This document shows, in pieces, positions 49,040 through 60,514 of a stretch of 64,000 nt of DNA (its first letter is position 1; every line of letters begins with the position of its first letter). The stretch is from an uncultured cyanobacterium. GTDB taxonomy: Bacteria > Cyanobacteriota > Cyanobacteriia > Phormidesmidales > Phormidesmidaceae. The notes under the pieces were generated by a model. The model saw nothing but the letters and a program-made list of their open reading frames with translations. It had not been told where the DNA came from and ran no database searches. The stretch spans positions 736,001 through 800,000 of the forward strand of contig CAWBZI010000006.1 of NCBI GenBank assembly GCA_963793265.1. The letters are read 5' to 3'. Position numbers and translations under genes: made by a program.

Positions 49040-49267
49040 ATGCACGAGCACATCGCAACACCAGACTATCCAGATGTTGTTTTGGCTTTTACCTATCGCG
49101 CAATGAAGATAGAGATTACGACCTGCGTGTATCAAGAGAAAATAGTGTATTCCGCCTGGGTTAGCTACCCGACCGGAAGTGCGGTAGCCGTGCCCAGTGC
49201 GCACACAAGAGAAAAGGCGATCACCCGAGCAAAAAAATGGATCGACACGCAGTTTGCCTGGCAGTAA
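49040..49267 (+). CDS. Small hypothetical protein
   Basis: 75 aa from ATG 49040; protein-like ending AITRAKKWID. Confidence 0.6.
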   Translation: MHEHIATPDYPDVVLAFTYRAMKIEITTCVYQEKIVYSAWVSYPTGSAVAVPSAHTREKAITRAKKWIDTQFAWQ

Positions 49268-49666
49268 CAGATGCAGCCCATCCCGTAATAACACTCTTTA
49301 CGATCCTAACCGCATCAAAGGATCTATCTTTTTTTGCCCAAAATAGAGCATTTCAAGCTTATTTCTACGCAACAAATAAGCCAATGCACCCATGCAATTA
49401 CTCAGATAAAGAGAATATGTATCGGGAATACTTGAAATACAAAATAAGCCCCATTACGCGCCCAAAGCATTCTTTGCTGATATCCCCCGACAACAGGTCA
49501 AACCGGCCTTTGAATCTTTTGCGCTGCGTGTCCGTAAGCAAAGCATCCTTATAAACTCTGAACTTTCAAAGAGAGCAGCCCCCACCCATAGCAATAGAGA
49601 AATGTTAAACAAAGCAGACCCTCTTGTTGCGCACCCACTCTAAACATTCCAGGAAGATTATCCGTC

Positions 49667-51064
49667 ATGTCAGGCAGCCTCATCGCCAGCGATCTCGAAG
49701 AAAAGATCCAAACCTATCGCGAACAACAGTTCACAGGGCTCGTAAAGGTAAACGGACAGCAAGCACACCAGTGGTTTATTTATTACCTGCTCGGTCGAAT
49801 CGTTTGGACAAAATCTCGTATTCACCCACTCCGACGCTGGCAGAGGCATTTAGCCATTCACAGCCCGGTCTTTTTCGAGCAAATCACTCAGCCTGTCAGT
49901 CTCTCTTACGAGTCGTGGAACTACGCCTCTTTGGCCAGACTGGTCAAGCTAAAGCAGTTTCGTCGCGACCAGTTCTCCAAAGTCGTTGAAAGTTGCATTA
50001 CCGAGAATCTCTTCGACATTCTTCAAGTAGGTACTGTACAGCATAGTCAAACCGGCCAAGTGCTTACCTACGAAACACATGCTAAAGAAGCCGCAAACCT
50101 TCCATTCATCATGCTCCAACAAGAGCGTGCCTGGCAAGAAGCTCAGCAGGAATGGCTGATTTGGGAGAAAGCTGGCCTCGCCAAATTCTCTCCAGACTGG
50201 GCACCCACTATCACACAGCTCGAAACGCTCAAGGCCCAAACTCCACCTCAAACGTTTCAGACACTTACAACCTTTGTAGATGGGACTAGCACCCTTAGAG
50301 ACTTAGCTGTCAAGTTCAAACAACCTATCATTCCGCTAACGAAGTCAATCCTGCCCTACGTTTCGAGAAAGATGTTGGGCCTTGAAGAAGTTCCAGACAC
50401 AGTAGAAAATGCTAGCGATGGATTTCCTGCTGAGCTACCAGAAAATAATCAATCTGCACCCACGCCTGCACCAGAATTGTTGATAAAGCCACAGTCTGAG
50501 GCACCTTCTGAAGGCCCTGTACTTACAAGTCAATCATCACTTCCACACGTCGGGCCCAGTGCAGAAGCAGCCATGCTGCAAACCAGCAGCCAAACGTTAG
50601 CAGGCAGAACTAGGAACACTCAGGCTAGCAAAAAGCTCAAAAACACTGCCCCTCGAATCATGTACATCGACGACAGCCCTGCTGATAGCCGCACAATGGG
50701 CGCAATAGTTGAAAGTCTTGGCTATCAATACGGCAACATTCCTGACCCATTGCAGGCTTTACCTATGCTAATCGAGCTTAAACCCAAGCTCATCTTCTTA
50801 GATCTCGTGATGCCGATTGCTAACGGCTATGAAGTGTGCTCGCAAATTCGTCGGATTTCATCGCTCAAGGAGATTCCAGTCATTATCGTAACTAGCAACG
50901 ATGGCATCGCTGATCGGGTAAGAGCCAAGCTTGTAGGAGCCTCTGGCTTTTTAGGTAAACCTATTCAACATAAAAAAGTTGCCAAAGTTGTCAAAAAACA
51001 TCTTCGTCATCTCGAAGTGAATAGCCCAGATGATTCAAAGCGAGGTGTGCTCTCTGTTTCATAG
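49667..51064 (+). CDS. PatA-type response regulator (PixG-like)
   Basis: N-terminal PATAN-like domain, Pro-rich linker, C-terminal receiver (IDDS, LDLVMP, KP). Confidence 0.88.
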   Translation: MSGSLIASDLEEKIQTYREQQFTGLVKVNGQQAHQWFIYYLLGRIVWTKSRIHPLRRWQRHLAIHSPVFFEQITQPVSLSYESWNYASLARLVKLKQFRRDQFSKVVESCITENLFDILQVGTVQHSQTGQVLTYETHAKEAANLPFIMLQQERAWQEAQQEWLIWEKAGLAKFSPDWAPTITQLETLKAQTPPQTFQTLTTFVDGTSTLRDLAVKFKQPIIPLTKSILPYVSRKMLGLEEVPDTVENASDGFPAELPENNQSAPTPAPELLIKPQSEAPSEGPVLTSQSSLPHVGPSAEAAMLQTSSQTLAGRTRNTQASKKLKNTAPRIMYIDDSPADSRTMGAIVESLGYQYGNIPDPLQALPMLIELKPKLIFLDLVMPIANGYEVCSQIRRISSLKEIPVIIVTSNDGIADRVRAKLVGASGFLGKPIQHKKVAKVVKKHLRHLEVNSPDDSKRGVLSVS

Positions 51065-51153
51065 ATTTTCGCTTAGCGCTTTTTAGCATTTTCTAGCCAG
51101 TCTTGGCTCAGCCTCAGTTCAATCACAATGCAAACATATCCCCAAGAGAATCC

Positions 51154-51528
51154 ATGGCAACCGCTCTCATAGTCGAAGACAGTATCACCGATAGAGATCG
51201 CCTTACTCGTTATCTACAACAGTCCGGTATCACCGTCAAAAGTGCACAAAGTAGTGAAGAAGCACTACAAATGCTCAAAGCCACGCCGCCTGATTTGGTG
51301 TTTCTAGATGTTGTTCTACCCGGACAAAGTGGTTTTGAGTTTTGTCGCGACCTCAAAACCGACGAAAGCACTCAAAACATTCCGGTGGTTATTTGCTCTA
51401 CCAAAGGCACTGAAGCCGATAAGCTTTGGGGCTCGATGCTAGGCGCAGATGCCTATCTTATCAAACCAGTCGATCAGCAACAGCTCTCACAAACGGTAGA
51501 CCAGCTCATGTCTCAAGCTCAGATTTGA
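51154..51528 (+). CDS. CheY-like response regulator (PixH-like)
   Basis: IVEDS, LDVVLPGQSGFE, KP; ATG 51154. Confidence 0.9.
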   Translation: MATALIVEDSITDRDRLTRYLQQSGITVKSAQSSEEALQMLKATPPDLVFLDVVLPGQSGFEFCRDLKTDESTQNIPVVICSTKGTEADKLWGSMLGADAYLIKPVDQQQLSQTVDQLMSQAQI

Positions 51529-51581
51529 CTAAACCTGGAAAAAGGCCGATTAGAGAAAGACACCTGCAAAACCCATTCGCC

Positions 51582-52130
51582 ATGCTATCAACTGAACAAG
51601 AACCTGCGCTTAAACCGTTAGATTCCATTAGCTCAAAGCAAGATCCACTCGGGCTAACGCCTTTGCCTGTGGACAATCGACAGCGCTTTCTGCGATTCAT
51701 GCTTTCTCAAGAAAACGACGCGCTATTGCCACTAAAAGAGATTTTAGAAGTGATGCAGCTACCGCTAGAAGACATTTTTCCTGTGCCCGATATGCCGGGC
51801 TGTATTCTAGGCGTTTGTAGCTGGCAAGGTGAAACCCTTTGGCTTGTCGATCTCAATCATCTTGTGGGCTACACACCGCTGTGCCAGCAATCGCAGTTGG
51901 TGTCTCCGCCCATTGTGATTGTGATTCAGTCGGCAGGTCATTCGCTTGGGCTAGTTGTAGAGCAGGTAAACGATGTGGATCTGTTTGATGAAGACAAGAT
52001 TCATATGGAGCAAGGGCTTTGCCCACCCGGCTTAGAACCTTTTGTCGCAGGCTATTGCCCTCAGCAAGGCGGCACAGTTCTTAATATTGCCAGCATTGTC
52101 AATTCGCCACTTTGGCAGTCTCATCAATAG
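51582..52130 (+). CDS. CheW-like adaptor (PixI-like)
   Basis: PVPDMPGCILGV, LWLVDL, GLVVEQV; ATG 51582. Confidence 0.9.
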   Translation: MLSTEQEPALKPLDSISSKQDPLGLTPLPVDNRQRFLRFMLSQENDALLPLKEILEVMQLPLEDIFPVPDMPGCILGVCSWQGETLWLVDLNHLVGYTPLCQQSQLVSPPIVIVIQSAGHSLGLVVEQVNDVDLFDEDKIHMEQGLCPPGLEPFVAGYCPQQGGTVLNIASIVNSPLWQSHQ

Positions 52131-52247
52131 CCCTCGTCGTACCGTCTAAATAACCCTCTAACTAATAGTTATTTGTACGGTGACATCTAAAGCATCAACA
52201 AAGTTTTTTAGCTTATTCAATTCATATTCAGCTAACGAGTATTTACC

Positions 52248-55088
52248 ATGACGACAACTAACGCTTCTCTCAACGGCTCTGGACAGGTTCAAAATGCAAT
52301 TCAAGATGCAGAACAAATCACCTCTGACGAAAGTTCAACAGAACTCATGCTCTCAGGAGATGACATCGGCTCCGATTCAACAACAGAAAAACAACCTATG
52401 GTATCGTCCTTAGAATCAGTGCTGGCACAGCCTTCAGTTCCTTCTGCACGTTCAATTCTGCCTAAAAGCTCTGGCAAAAGAGCCTTTGGCATCGCTAACC
52501 GCATGGCTAAAGCAGCTACGTTAGAGAACCTTTATCAGATTACGGTCACTGAGCTGAAAAAGAGATTTCAGTGCGATCGCGCCCTAGTTTTTCGATTCAA
52601 CGCTCCTTCGGAAGGAACGGTCATTGCCGAATCACTCAAAGCAGGCTATAGCCCAACGCTCGGTGAAACCCTAGACGTTATTGCATTCGGCGCAGCAGAG
52701 GCACAAGCATATCAAACTCAGTCAGCCGTTTCTCTGATAGATGCGAGTGAAGAAGCCGTTTCACCCCATCAGGTGCAGCTACTTCAACGATTCCAAGTAC
52801 AGGCGAGTTTGAGTCTGCCTATTTTCTTAGGCGATCAGCTATGGGGCCTTTTAGTTGTGCAGCAGTGCGAAGCCAAAAGAGCATGGGACGAGCGTGAAGT
52901 CGGCTTGCTCTATCAAGTCAGTACAGAACTTACGCTTAAGCTACAGTCTTACGAACTACAGCAGCAGTCTCAAAAAGAAATTGCTCGCGGCGAAACCCTC
53001 GGCAGCATTATTCAAAATATTCGCGAGGTTTCTGACCTACAGCAAATCTTTGAATCCACCACCAAGAGTCTGCGCAACTTCCTCAAAGCCGATCGCGTTT
53101 CTGTCTTTCAATTCACACCAGAGAGCGGACACAGTAGCGGCGAAGTCGTTGTAGAAAGTCTCAACCCTAGCTTTGTTTCTGCTAAAGAAGTCACCGTCGA
53201 AGATCACTGCTTCAGTGACCAAATGGCCGAAGCCTACCGTCGGGGTAGAGTTTCTACTATCGATGACATCTACAATCGCAACTTGCCCCAGTGTCATATT
53301 GATATTCTAGAGCAGTTCCAGGTGCGCGCTAATTTAGTGGTTCCGCTTCTAAAAGACAATCAGCTATGGGGTTTGTTTTGCATTCACCAGTGCAGCGGCC
53401 CTCGCCAGTGGCAAGATGTAGAAGTCGCTTTCGTAAGGAGAGTGGCCGCTCAGCTCGATTTGGCCATGCAGCAGGCCGACTATCTCGAACAAGTACAAGA
53501 TAAAACGCAGCAGCTCGAAGCCTCCGTAGAAAAAGAGCAGCTTATCACTAAAATCACTGAGCGCCTGCGCAATACAAACGATCTGCCTAAAACGCTCAAA
53601 TCAACCGTCCAAGACATCCGTCAGATGATGAAAGCGGATAGAGTGGGCCTATTTCAGTTCGATGCAGAGAAAAACTACAGCGTTGGTGAGTTTGTTGTAG
53701 AAGATGTAGCCACTGGCGTTCGCTCTGCCATGGCCGCGAAGGTGCAAGATCACTGCTTTGCCGAAGACCAAGCGGAGAACTATCGTAAGGGCCGCTACTG
53801 GGTTGTCAACGATGTTAATGCGCTCGACTTTCCTGATTGCTTAGTTGAGCTGCTTGCTCAGCTTCAGGTAAAGGCCAGTATTGTTGTTCCTTTGCTCAAA
53901 GGCAATATGCTGTGGGGATTGTTCGCCATTCACCAGTGCCACGCACCGCGCGAATGGAAAGACTCTGATGTGCAGTTCGCTCACCGCATCGGCGCTCAGC
54001 TCAACCTCGCTTTGCAGCAAGCTGACTATCTTAGCCAGGTACAAGCGCAAACGGCTAAGCTCACAGAAACGGCTGACCGAGAAAAAGCTTCTAAAGAGCT
54101 ATTCCAGCAGCAAGTGATTGAACTATTAAAGTCTGTTGGCCCTGCGCTACAAGGCGATTTAACGGTTCGCGCTCCTGTCACAGAAACAGAAGTTGGAACG
54201 GTTGCCAGTGCTTACAACAACACGCTACAAAGCCTGCAAAAAATTGTTTTGCAAGTGCAAGATGCTGCTAACCAAGTAGGCGAAACTTCTAAGCTCAGCG
54301 AAACGTCTGCGGTCGCAGTAAACAGGCAGGCAGAACAGCAGGCCCAAGCGCTAAGCCAAGCACTTGCCCGCGTACAAAAAATGGTGAACTCTACTGAAGC
54401 TGTGGCTCAAGACGCTCAGCAGGTAGAAGCAGCGGCTCAGCAGGCTAACCAAATTGTGCAGCGTGGCGATACGGCGATGAACCGTACGGTGGACGGCATT
54501 ATGGCGATTCGCTCTACGGTTGCAGAAACTAACCAGCGGATTAAACGATTGAGTGAGTCTTCGCAAAAAGTGTCTAAGATTGTGAGCTTGATTAGTCACT
54601 TTACGACGCAGACGCAGCTACTGGCGCTGAACGCTTCGATTGAGGCGACTCGGGCAGGCCAGTATGGACGCGGCTTTGCAGTGGTTGCTGACGAAGTACG
54701 CTCGCTCGCGCGTCAGTCAGCAGAAGCGGCTACTGAAATTGAACAGTTTGTTCAAGAAATTCAGATGGGTACGGCGGAAGTCTCAACGGCGATGGAAACT
54801 GGCATTCAGCAGGTTGCAGAAGGTACTGACATGGTGACCGACGCTCGCCAAAACCTCACCGCCATCGTGGAAGCAACAGGCCAAATCAGTCAGCTTATTG
54901 CAGACATCACGCAAACGACTCACAAGCAGGCTGATGAGTTCAAAGTCGTAACGCAAACAATGACTGAAGCCACAGAGATTGCGAATCAAACCTCTGAGAA
55001 TTCTAACGAACTTGCTCACTCCATTCAGCTTGTGCTCAATACCGCCGAAGCGCTACAAACCAGCGCTGGCAAGTTCAAAGTGCAGTAG
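52248..55088 (+). CDS. Cyanobacteriochrome methyl-accepting protein with three GAF domains (PixJ-like)
   Basis: Three DR...LWG...Q GAF domains, DHCF in GAF2 and GAF3, MCP hairpin [26 protein letters not shown]. Confidence 0.92.
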   Translation: MTTTNASLNGSGQVQNAIQDAEQITSDESSTELMLSGDDIGSDSTTEKQPMVSSLESVLAQPSVPSARSILPKSSGKRAFGIANRMAKAATLENLYQITVTELKKRFQCDRALVFRFNAPSEGTVIAESLKAGYSPTLGETLDVIAFGAAEAQAYQTQSAVSLIDASEEAVSPHQVQLLQRFQVQASLSLPIFLGDQLWGLLVVQQCEAKRAWDEREVGLLYQVSTELTLKLQSYELQQQSQKEIARGETLGSIIQNIREVSDLQQIFESTTKSLRNFLKADRVSVFQFTPESGHSSGEVVVESLNPSFVSAKEVTVEDHCFSDQMAEAYRRGRVSTIDDIYNRNLPQCHIDILEQFQVRANLVVPLLKDNQLWGLFCIHQCSGPRQWQDVEVAFVRRVAAQLDLAMQQADYLEQVQDKTQQLEASVEKEQLITKITERLRNTNDLPKTLKSTVQDIRQMMKADRVGLFQFDAEKNYSVGEFVVEDVATGVRSAMAAKVQDHCFAEDQAENYRKGRYWVVNDVNALDFPDCLVELLAQLQVKASIVVPLLKGNMLWGLFAIHQCHAPREWKDSDVQFAHRIGAQLNLALQQADYLSQVQAQTAKLTETADREKASKELFQQQVIELLKSVGPALQGDLTVRAPVTETEVGTVASAYNNTLQSLQKIVLQVQDAANQVGETSKLSETSAVAVNRQAEQQAQALSQALARVQKMVNSTEAVAQDAQQVEAAAQQANQIVQRGDTAMNRTVDGIMAIRSTVAETNQRIKRLSESSQKVSKIVSLISHFTTQTQLLALNASIEATRAGQYGRGFAVVADEVRSLARQSAEAATEIEQFVQEIQMGTAEVSTAMETGIQQVAEGTDMVTDARQNLTAIVEATGQISQLIADITQTTHKQADEFKVVTQTMTEATEIANQTSENSNELAHSIQLVLNTAEALQTSAGKFKVQ

Positions 55089-55115
55089 ATATTCACTATC
55101 GTCTGAGAGTCCACC

Positions 55116-55143
55116 GTGGGGGCATAGCGGTGCTATGCCCCTG
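55116..55143. repeat. REP-like dispersed palindrome, copy 2
   Basis: GTGGGGGCATAGCGGTGCTATGCCCCTG, related to 18927-18955. Confidence 0.6.
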
Positions 55144-55204
55144 TTTTAAGTAACTACATTCCAGTCCCTACTGCGATCGCCATCCCCAATTTTCAGGTCT
55201 ACCC

Positions 55205-58200
55205 ATGACAACAGATATTCAGGTTTCTGAACAAACCCGTCAGTACTTTTTGCAAGAAGCCGCCGAACTTCTGCAAACGATGGACGACGAGCTGCAAGAT
55301 ATTAGAGAAAACTTCAGCGTTCAAAAAGTCCACAACCTCATGCGAGCGGCGCATACGCTCAAAGGAGCCTCGGCCAGCGTCGGTCTTGATAACGTAAAGA
55401 AAACAACGCACTCTCTTGAAGATGTGTTCAAAGCGCTGTGTCATCAAGACACGGTGATTTCGGTTGAGATGGAAGGGCTGATCTTCCAGGGCTATGACTG
55501 CCTAAAGCTGTTGATGTCTTCACAGCTAGCAGGCGCTAAGGTTGACGAGGCCGATATTTTAGATCGAATGGCCTCGATTGTGACTCAGCTTCAGGAGATG
55601 TTGGGCGATCGCTTCGGGCAAGGCGGGCATCTACCGACCTCTAGTGAATTAGGGTTCGATATGACCCAATCTATTTTTGAAGTCGGGGTCACCCAGCGAA
55701 TTGAAGCGCTCGAAGCCGCGCTTGAAGCTCCTGATGAAGAAGAACTTATCGAGCTGCTCGATACGCAGATAGAAGTCTTTATCGGCCTAGCAGAATCACT
55801 CGATCTACCAGGGTTTGGAGAAGTTGCTAGCACGACTCGAAAGGCGGTAGAAGCCAATCCTGATAAGGTCATTGAGATTGCGAAGGCATCGCTTGCAAAC
55901 TGTAAGGAAGCGCAGGCGGCTGTACTTGGGGGCGATCGCGAACAAGGCGGTGTACCTTCAGCAGAACTCCTAGCCTTCTGCGGTACTGTTCCATCTGCTT
56001 CACAGGTCGCAGAGCCAGCAGCTCAGATGAACGACGGTAAGAAGCAGGCAGGGAAAGACACCAAGCAAAAGGCGATCGCTAAGCCACCTACCAAAGCCAT
56101 CAGTCGCGCCGATGAAATGGCACCTGCCAAAGTCGGCCTGCTCCTACGGCTATGGAAAATGCTTACGCGGCCCATCGGCACCACCTCAAAAGGCGCTGGC
56201 GCTGTGGCCAAAGCAAACGGTCAGAAAGGCAGGGCATCAGACACCCTTTCAACAGAACCTGAGCCCGGTGTTGCCCCCAGTAACTTCATCGACTATGCCG
56301 CAGAAGGCGATGAGCCTGCGGATTTGGCTTTAGCCGATCTAGCACCGCCCGAACTCGCGCTGATGAATTTAGATCCTGCGCAGGTTAGCAAGTCGCTAAT
56401 TGTAGCCAGTTCGCCCATGGCTAATTCACTGGCCACACCAGACGATATAGCCGAGCTATCAGAGCTTGGCAACCTGGACTTGAGTGCGCTGTCTCTAGCC
56501 AATTCAGCCCCTGCGCCGCAAGATACAAAAAGTTCGCTACCTGACCTATCCGAATTTTTAGAAGATGACGGTAGCAGTGGGCTCTCAGAAACAGACAGCT
56601 TGCTCGAAACAGAAGAACCGGCGCTATCAAACAAAGCTTCTCAAACAGCAACCATCCAACCCGTCATTGAGCTACCTACCGCGCCGACGCGAAGCGCAAA
56701 TAGCAACGCCACTATTCGCATGACCGTTGAGCATCTCGACCAGCTCAGCCAGTCAATGGGAGAGCTACTCACGCACCAAAACCGTCAGGCTTTGTACAAT
56801 GAACAGCTTGCGCTTTTGATTAGAAAACTGTTGGATCGCATCGCCCGGCAGCAGAAAGAACTCAACAAGCAGAGAGGCCGTAGCGTAGGCAATAATAAAG
56901 CCGAGCCACTTTCACCTGTTGCAGCCAGCACGCAGCTTTCTAATTTGGCTTACGCTCACTTCGACTCGCTAGAGCTTGACCAGTACAGCGATGTTCAACT
57001 GCTGGCCCAAAGCTTTCTGGAAGAAACTGTTCAACAGTCAGAAAGCGCCGAAGCAATTGAGCTTTTTGTGGCACGATCCGGTCAGGAGTTAGAGAAACAA
57101 AAGCGACTGCTAGCGAACACTCGCGAAACGCTGTTAGAAGCAAGAATGCTGCCGCTAGATAAAGTCTTCCAGCGGTTTCCGGCAGCACTAGAACGGTTAG
57201 AGGTGCAGCACAACAAACCGGCAAACTTGGTCATTACTGGCAGCGATGTACTGGTTGACAAGATCATTGCTGATAAGCTTTACGACCCGATGCTGCATCT
57301 GGTACGAAACGCCTTTGACCACGGCATTGAAACGCCTGAAGCTAGAGCCTTACAAAATAAGTCCGAGGCTGGCACGATTACAATCGAGGCCATTCAGCAA
57401 GGGCGGCACCTGATTATTAATGTCAAAGACGATGGCAAAGGGCTCAACCTTGAGATGATTCGCACTAAAGCTGTGGAGAATCAGGTGATTACAGCAGCAG
57501 AGGCAGCAGCGCTCACTGAGGATCAAACCGTAGATTTGCTGTTTGAGGCTGGTTTTTCGACGGCGAGTGAAGTGGATGACCTGTCGGGTCGTGGCGTTGG
57601 GCTAGATGCGGTGAAAGCTCAGGTGCGATCGCTCCAAGGCTGGGTTACCGTCAGCCACAAACCCGGCGAAGGCACTACCTTCACCCTCCAAATCCCTTCT
57701 AGTCTCACCATTGCAAAACTCTTGCTGTGCCAGGCCCAAGGCCGTATCTATGCGCTCATTGCCGACGCCATTGAGCACATTCTGATTCCAACAACAGAAC
57801 AAATGCGCGCCTGGGATGGTGGCAAAACCCTCACCTGGCAAGCAAACCATGAGGAACATCTGGTGCCCGTAAATGCGCTAGCTGATGTGCTGCACTACGC
57901 TTCACCCATGCCTAGCCATCGCCTAATTGAAACGCGCAGCGACATTAAAGCCGCTGCTCACAATCCAGTGATTCTTCTACATCACCAAAGCGCTTTAGTC
58001 GGCTTAGAAGTCGACCAGCTACTCGGTGAGCAAGAGCTTGTGATTAGCTCGCTAGGCGAAACCATCGTGCCACCGCCTTATTTGTACGGCAGCAGCATCT
58101 TGCCTGACGGTCAGCTAACGCTCGTACTCGATGGCGTCATGCTCGCCAAAATGGTTTTAGATCAGCGCAGCCAGGGCAGCATTGATATCAGCGTAGACGG

Positions 58201-58651
58201 CCCAACGCAGCTCAAGCCGAAGAATGAACCTGTCTTTGTTAAAAAGCTCATTTTGACCGTAGATGACTCGATTACCGTGCGAAACACGCTAGCCGAGGCG
58301 TTACAAAAAGCTGACTATCAGGTAATTCAAGCACGTGATGGGGCCGAAGCGCTAAAACAGCTAGAGCGCTATCCGGGTGTTGAAGCTATTTTGTGTGACA
58401 TCGAGATGCCAGGGATGAATGGATTTGAGTTCCTTAAGGTACGCCAGCAAACGCCTAAGATCGCGGCCATTCCAACCATCATGCTGACCTCTAGAGCAGG
58501 CACTAAGCACCGTTTGCTCACCAAAGAGCTGGGCGCAACGACTTATCTCACCAAGCCCTATCTCACCCCTCAGCTTCTCAAAACACTCTCTGAAGCTATT
58601 GAAGATAAAACCACCAAACAGCTCGCTGCGACAGGAGGCTCACATGAATAA
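55205..58651 (+). CDS. CheA-like hybrid kinase (Hpt-HATPase-CheW-REC; PixL-like)
   Basis: RAAHTLKG, HLVRNAFDHGIE, GRGVGLD, C-terminal receiver. Confidence 0.93.
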   Translation: MTTDIQVSEQTRQYFLQEAAELLQTMDDELQDIRENFSVQKVHNLMRAAHTLKGASASVGLDNVKKTTHSLEDVFKALCHQDTVISVEMEGLIFQGYDCLKLLMSSQLAGAKVDEADILDRMASIVTQLQEMLGDRFGQGGHLPTSSELGFDMTQSIFEVGVTQRIEALEAALEAPDEEELIELLDTQIEVFIGLAESLDLPGFGEVASTTRKAVEANPDKVIEIAKASLANCKEAQAAVLGGDREQGGVPSAELLAFCGTVPSASQVAEPAAQMNDGKKQAGKDTKQKAIAKPPTKAISRADEMAPAKVGLLLRLWKMLTRPIGTTSKGAGAVAKANGQKGRASDTLSTEPEPGVAPSNFIDYAAEGDEPADLALADLAPPELALMNLDPAQVSKSLIVASSPMANSLATPDDIAELSELGNLDLSALSLANSAPAPQDTKSSLPDLSEFLEDDGSSGLSETDSLLETEEPALSNKASQTATIQPVIELPTAPTRSANSNATIRMTVEHLDQLSQSMGELLTHQNRQALYNEQLALLIRKLLDRIARQQKELNKQRGRSVGNNKAEPLSPVAASTQLSNLAYAHFDSLELDQYSDVQLLAQSFLEETVQQSESAEAIELFVARSGQELEKQKRLLANTRETLLEARMLPLDKVFQRFPAALERLEVQHNKPANLVITGSDVLVDKIIADKLYDPMLHLVRNAFDHGIETPEARALQNKSEAGTITIEAIQQGRHLIINVKDDGKGLNLEMIRTKAVENQVITAAEAAALTEDQTVDLLFEAGFSTASEVDDLSGRGVGLDAVKAQVRSLQGWVTVSHKPGEGTTFTLQIPSSLTIAKLLLCQAQGRIYALIADAIEHILIPTTEQMRAWDGGKTLTWQANHEEHLVPVNALADVLHYASPMPSHRLIETRSDIKAAAHNPVILLHHQSALVGLEVDQLLGEQELVISSLGETIVPPPYLYGSSILPDGQLTLVLDGVMLAKMVLDQRSQGSIDISVDGPTQLKPKNEPVFVKKLILTVDDSITVRNTLAEALQKADYQVIQARDGAEALKQLERYPGVEAILCDIEMPGMNGFEFLKVRQQTPKIAAIPTIMLTSRAGTKHRLLTKELGATTYLTKPYLTPQLLKTLSEAIEDKTTKQLAATGGSHE

Positions 58652-59306
58652 TCCTTTAAATCAAGTCACAATCGAGGCTGAAGCTGAGATTAACAAGTAC
58701 ATTACATTCACCATGGAGGGCTATTTATTCGCACTGCCTAGCGAAGAGATTTTGAAGATCGTCGCAACACCAGCACCTAGGCAGGGTGGCATGGTGAGTA
58801 TGGGTTTGGTGCAGCTTGAACAGTACAGCATTCAAACCATTGATTTGCCGAAGCTGCTGAACTTGCAGGGCGAAAAAAAGAACATTGCTGAGGCCGCGAT
58901 TAAGACAATTAAGAAAGCCGAAAAGCCGCAGGGTTTAGAAAAACCTGCACCAACAGAAAATCCTCCTTTTTTGATGGTTTTGCAAGATGCCGACGAGGTT
59001 CTATGGGGCATCGCTGTTGATGAGCCGCCTGACTTGATGGATATTCCTCACTATGCGCTAAAGCCGGTACCGCCTGAAAAGAGAATGACTAGAGCGCTGC
59101 GCTGGGTTTCCCATGTGGTGACCTATGATTTGGGCGGCGATCGCCACACCCTCCTACTGCTAGATCTCTCTGTTCTATTGGCCCAAGAGCCACCTGAGAC
59201 TATCCTGCCAGGTAGCGCTGACTTCCTTGGCATAGAGCCGCCAATGGAGATGGCAATTGTAGACGAAGAGAGCGCAGCGGCACGTAAAGAAGAAATGTAC
59301 GCATAG
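58644..59306 (+). CDS. Divergent CheW-like protein
   Basis: YITF..FALP, IDL, WGIAVD; ATG 58644 overlaps the CheA stop. Confidence 0.75.
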   Translation: MNNPLNQVTIEAEAEINKYITFTMEGYLFALPSEEILKIVATPAPRQGGMVSMGLVQLEQYSIQTIDLPKLLNLQGEKKNIAEAAIKTIKKAEKPQGLEKPAPTENPPFLMVLQDADEVLWGIAVDEPPDLMDIPHYALKPVPPEKRMTRALRWVSHVVTYDLGGDRHTLLLLDLSVLLAQEPPETILPGSADFLGIEPPMEMAIVDEESAAARKEEMYA

Positions 59307-59327
59307 TCTATTTTCTTTGTTCATAAC

Positions 59328-59369
59328 AAAGCGGACTGTTCCTAGTAACAAAGGAACAGTCCGCTTTTT
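59328..59369. terminator. Bidirectional terminator between the taxis operon and pheS
   Basis: AAAGCGGACTGTTCCT / AGGAACAGTCCGCTTT, 16-bp stem. Confidence 0.85.
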
Positions 59370-59388
59370 GGTTGAGACGACCTAGCAC

Positions 59389-60384
59389 CTAAAATTGCTT
59401 TAAAAATCTCAGGTCACTGCTGTACAGGCGTCTGATATCGTCAATCTTGCTTTGCACCATAGCCAAGCGCTCCACACCCAAGCCAGCCGCAAAACCTGAA
59501 TATACCTCGGGGTCACAGCCCACAGCTTTAAGCACGTTTGGGTCGATCATGCCGCAGCCCATCACTTCGAGCCATTGCCCCTGCCAGCGCACATCTACTT
59601 CAGCAGAAGGCTCTGTGAAAGGAAAATAGCTAGGGCGAAAGCGTACTTCAATATCCCCGAACAGCGCCTCTAAAAATAGCTGTACAGTACCTCGCAGGTC
59701 GGTGAACGTGATGTTCTTATCGACGGCAAAAAACTCAATCTGGTGAAACACAGCGGCATGGGTCGCATCGACGGTATCGCGACGGTAGCAGCGACCAGAG
59801 GCGAGTACGCGCATCGGCGGCTCGTGATTTTCCATGTAGCGCACCTGAGTATTTGAGGTGTGCGTACGCATAAGCTGGCCGCCCGGCAAATACAGCGTAT
59901 CTTGCATATCGCGGGCAGGGTGATCGGGCAAAAAGTTTAGCGCCTCAAAGTTGTAGTAGTCGCTTTCGATTTCTCGGCTTTGGGCGACGGTGTAGCCAAG
60001 GCCGACAAAGATGTCAGTAATTTGGTCAATGATGCTGTTAATTGGATGGATGCGGCCTTGAGGTTGGTAGACACCCGGCATGGTGACGTCGATGGTTTCA
60101 GCCGCAAGCTGAGCTTCAATTTGGGCGGATTGCAAGTCTGTTTTGCGTTGCTCTATTTGTGACTGAAGCGCCGCTTTGGCTTTGTTTGCCAGCGCACCGA
60201 TTTTAGGCCGCTCTTCGGCTGAAAGCTTGCCCATGCCACCGAGGACTTTGGAGAGATTTCCTTTTTTGCCTAGATACTTGACGCGCACTTTTTCCAGGTC
60301 ATCTAGGCTGCTAGCAGCGCTGATGTCGGCGGTGGCCTCTTGTTGTACGGCGCTGAGCTGAGCTTCTATCTCGGATGATGACAT
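59389..60384 (-). CDS. pheS: Phenylalanine-tRNA ligase alpha subunit
   Basis: [35 protein letters not shown]. Confidence 0.97.
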   Translation of the reverse strand: MSSSEIEAQLSAVQQEATADISAASSLDDLEKVRVKYLGKKGNLSKVLGGMGKLSAEERPKIGALANKAKAALQSQIEQRKTDLQSAQIEAQLAAETIDVTMPGVYQPQGRIHPINSIIDQITDIFVGLGYTVAQSREIESDYYNFEALNFLPDHPARDMQDTLYLPGGQLMRTHTSNTQVRYMENHEPPMRVLASGRCYRRDTVDATHAAVFHQIEFFAVDKNITFTDLRGTVQLFLEALFGDIEVRFRPSYFPFTEPSAEVDVRWQGQWLEVMGCGMIDPNVLKAVGCDPEVYSGFAAGLGVERLAMVQSKIDDIRRLYSSDLRFLKQF

Positions 60385-60514
60385 GGCGCTGTTAGGGCTG
60401 CTGGTGAGCTTAAGGAATTCGCAAATTAGTCTATGTTAACCTGCCAGGGAAGCGAGAGAGCCTAGCTTCTCGTTTTATTCGCAGCGTTTATTTATAAGGA
60501 TCAGGTCTTAGTTT

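Noticed and set aside
49237..49554. 105-aa ORF upstream of the taxis operon
   Set aside because: AT-rich, overlaps the previous gene and has no protein-like features; more likely promoter or 5' UTR
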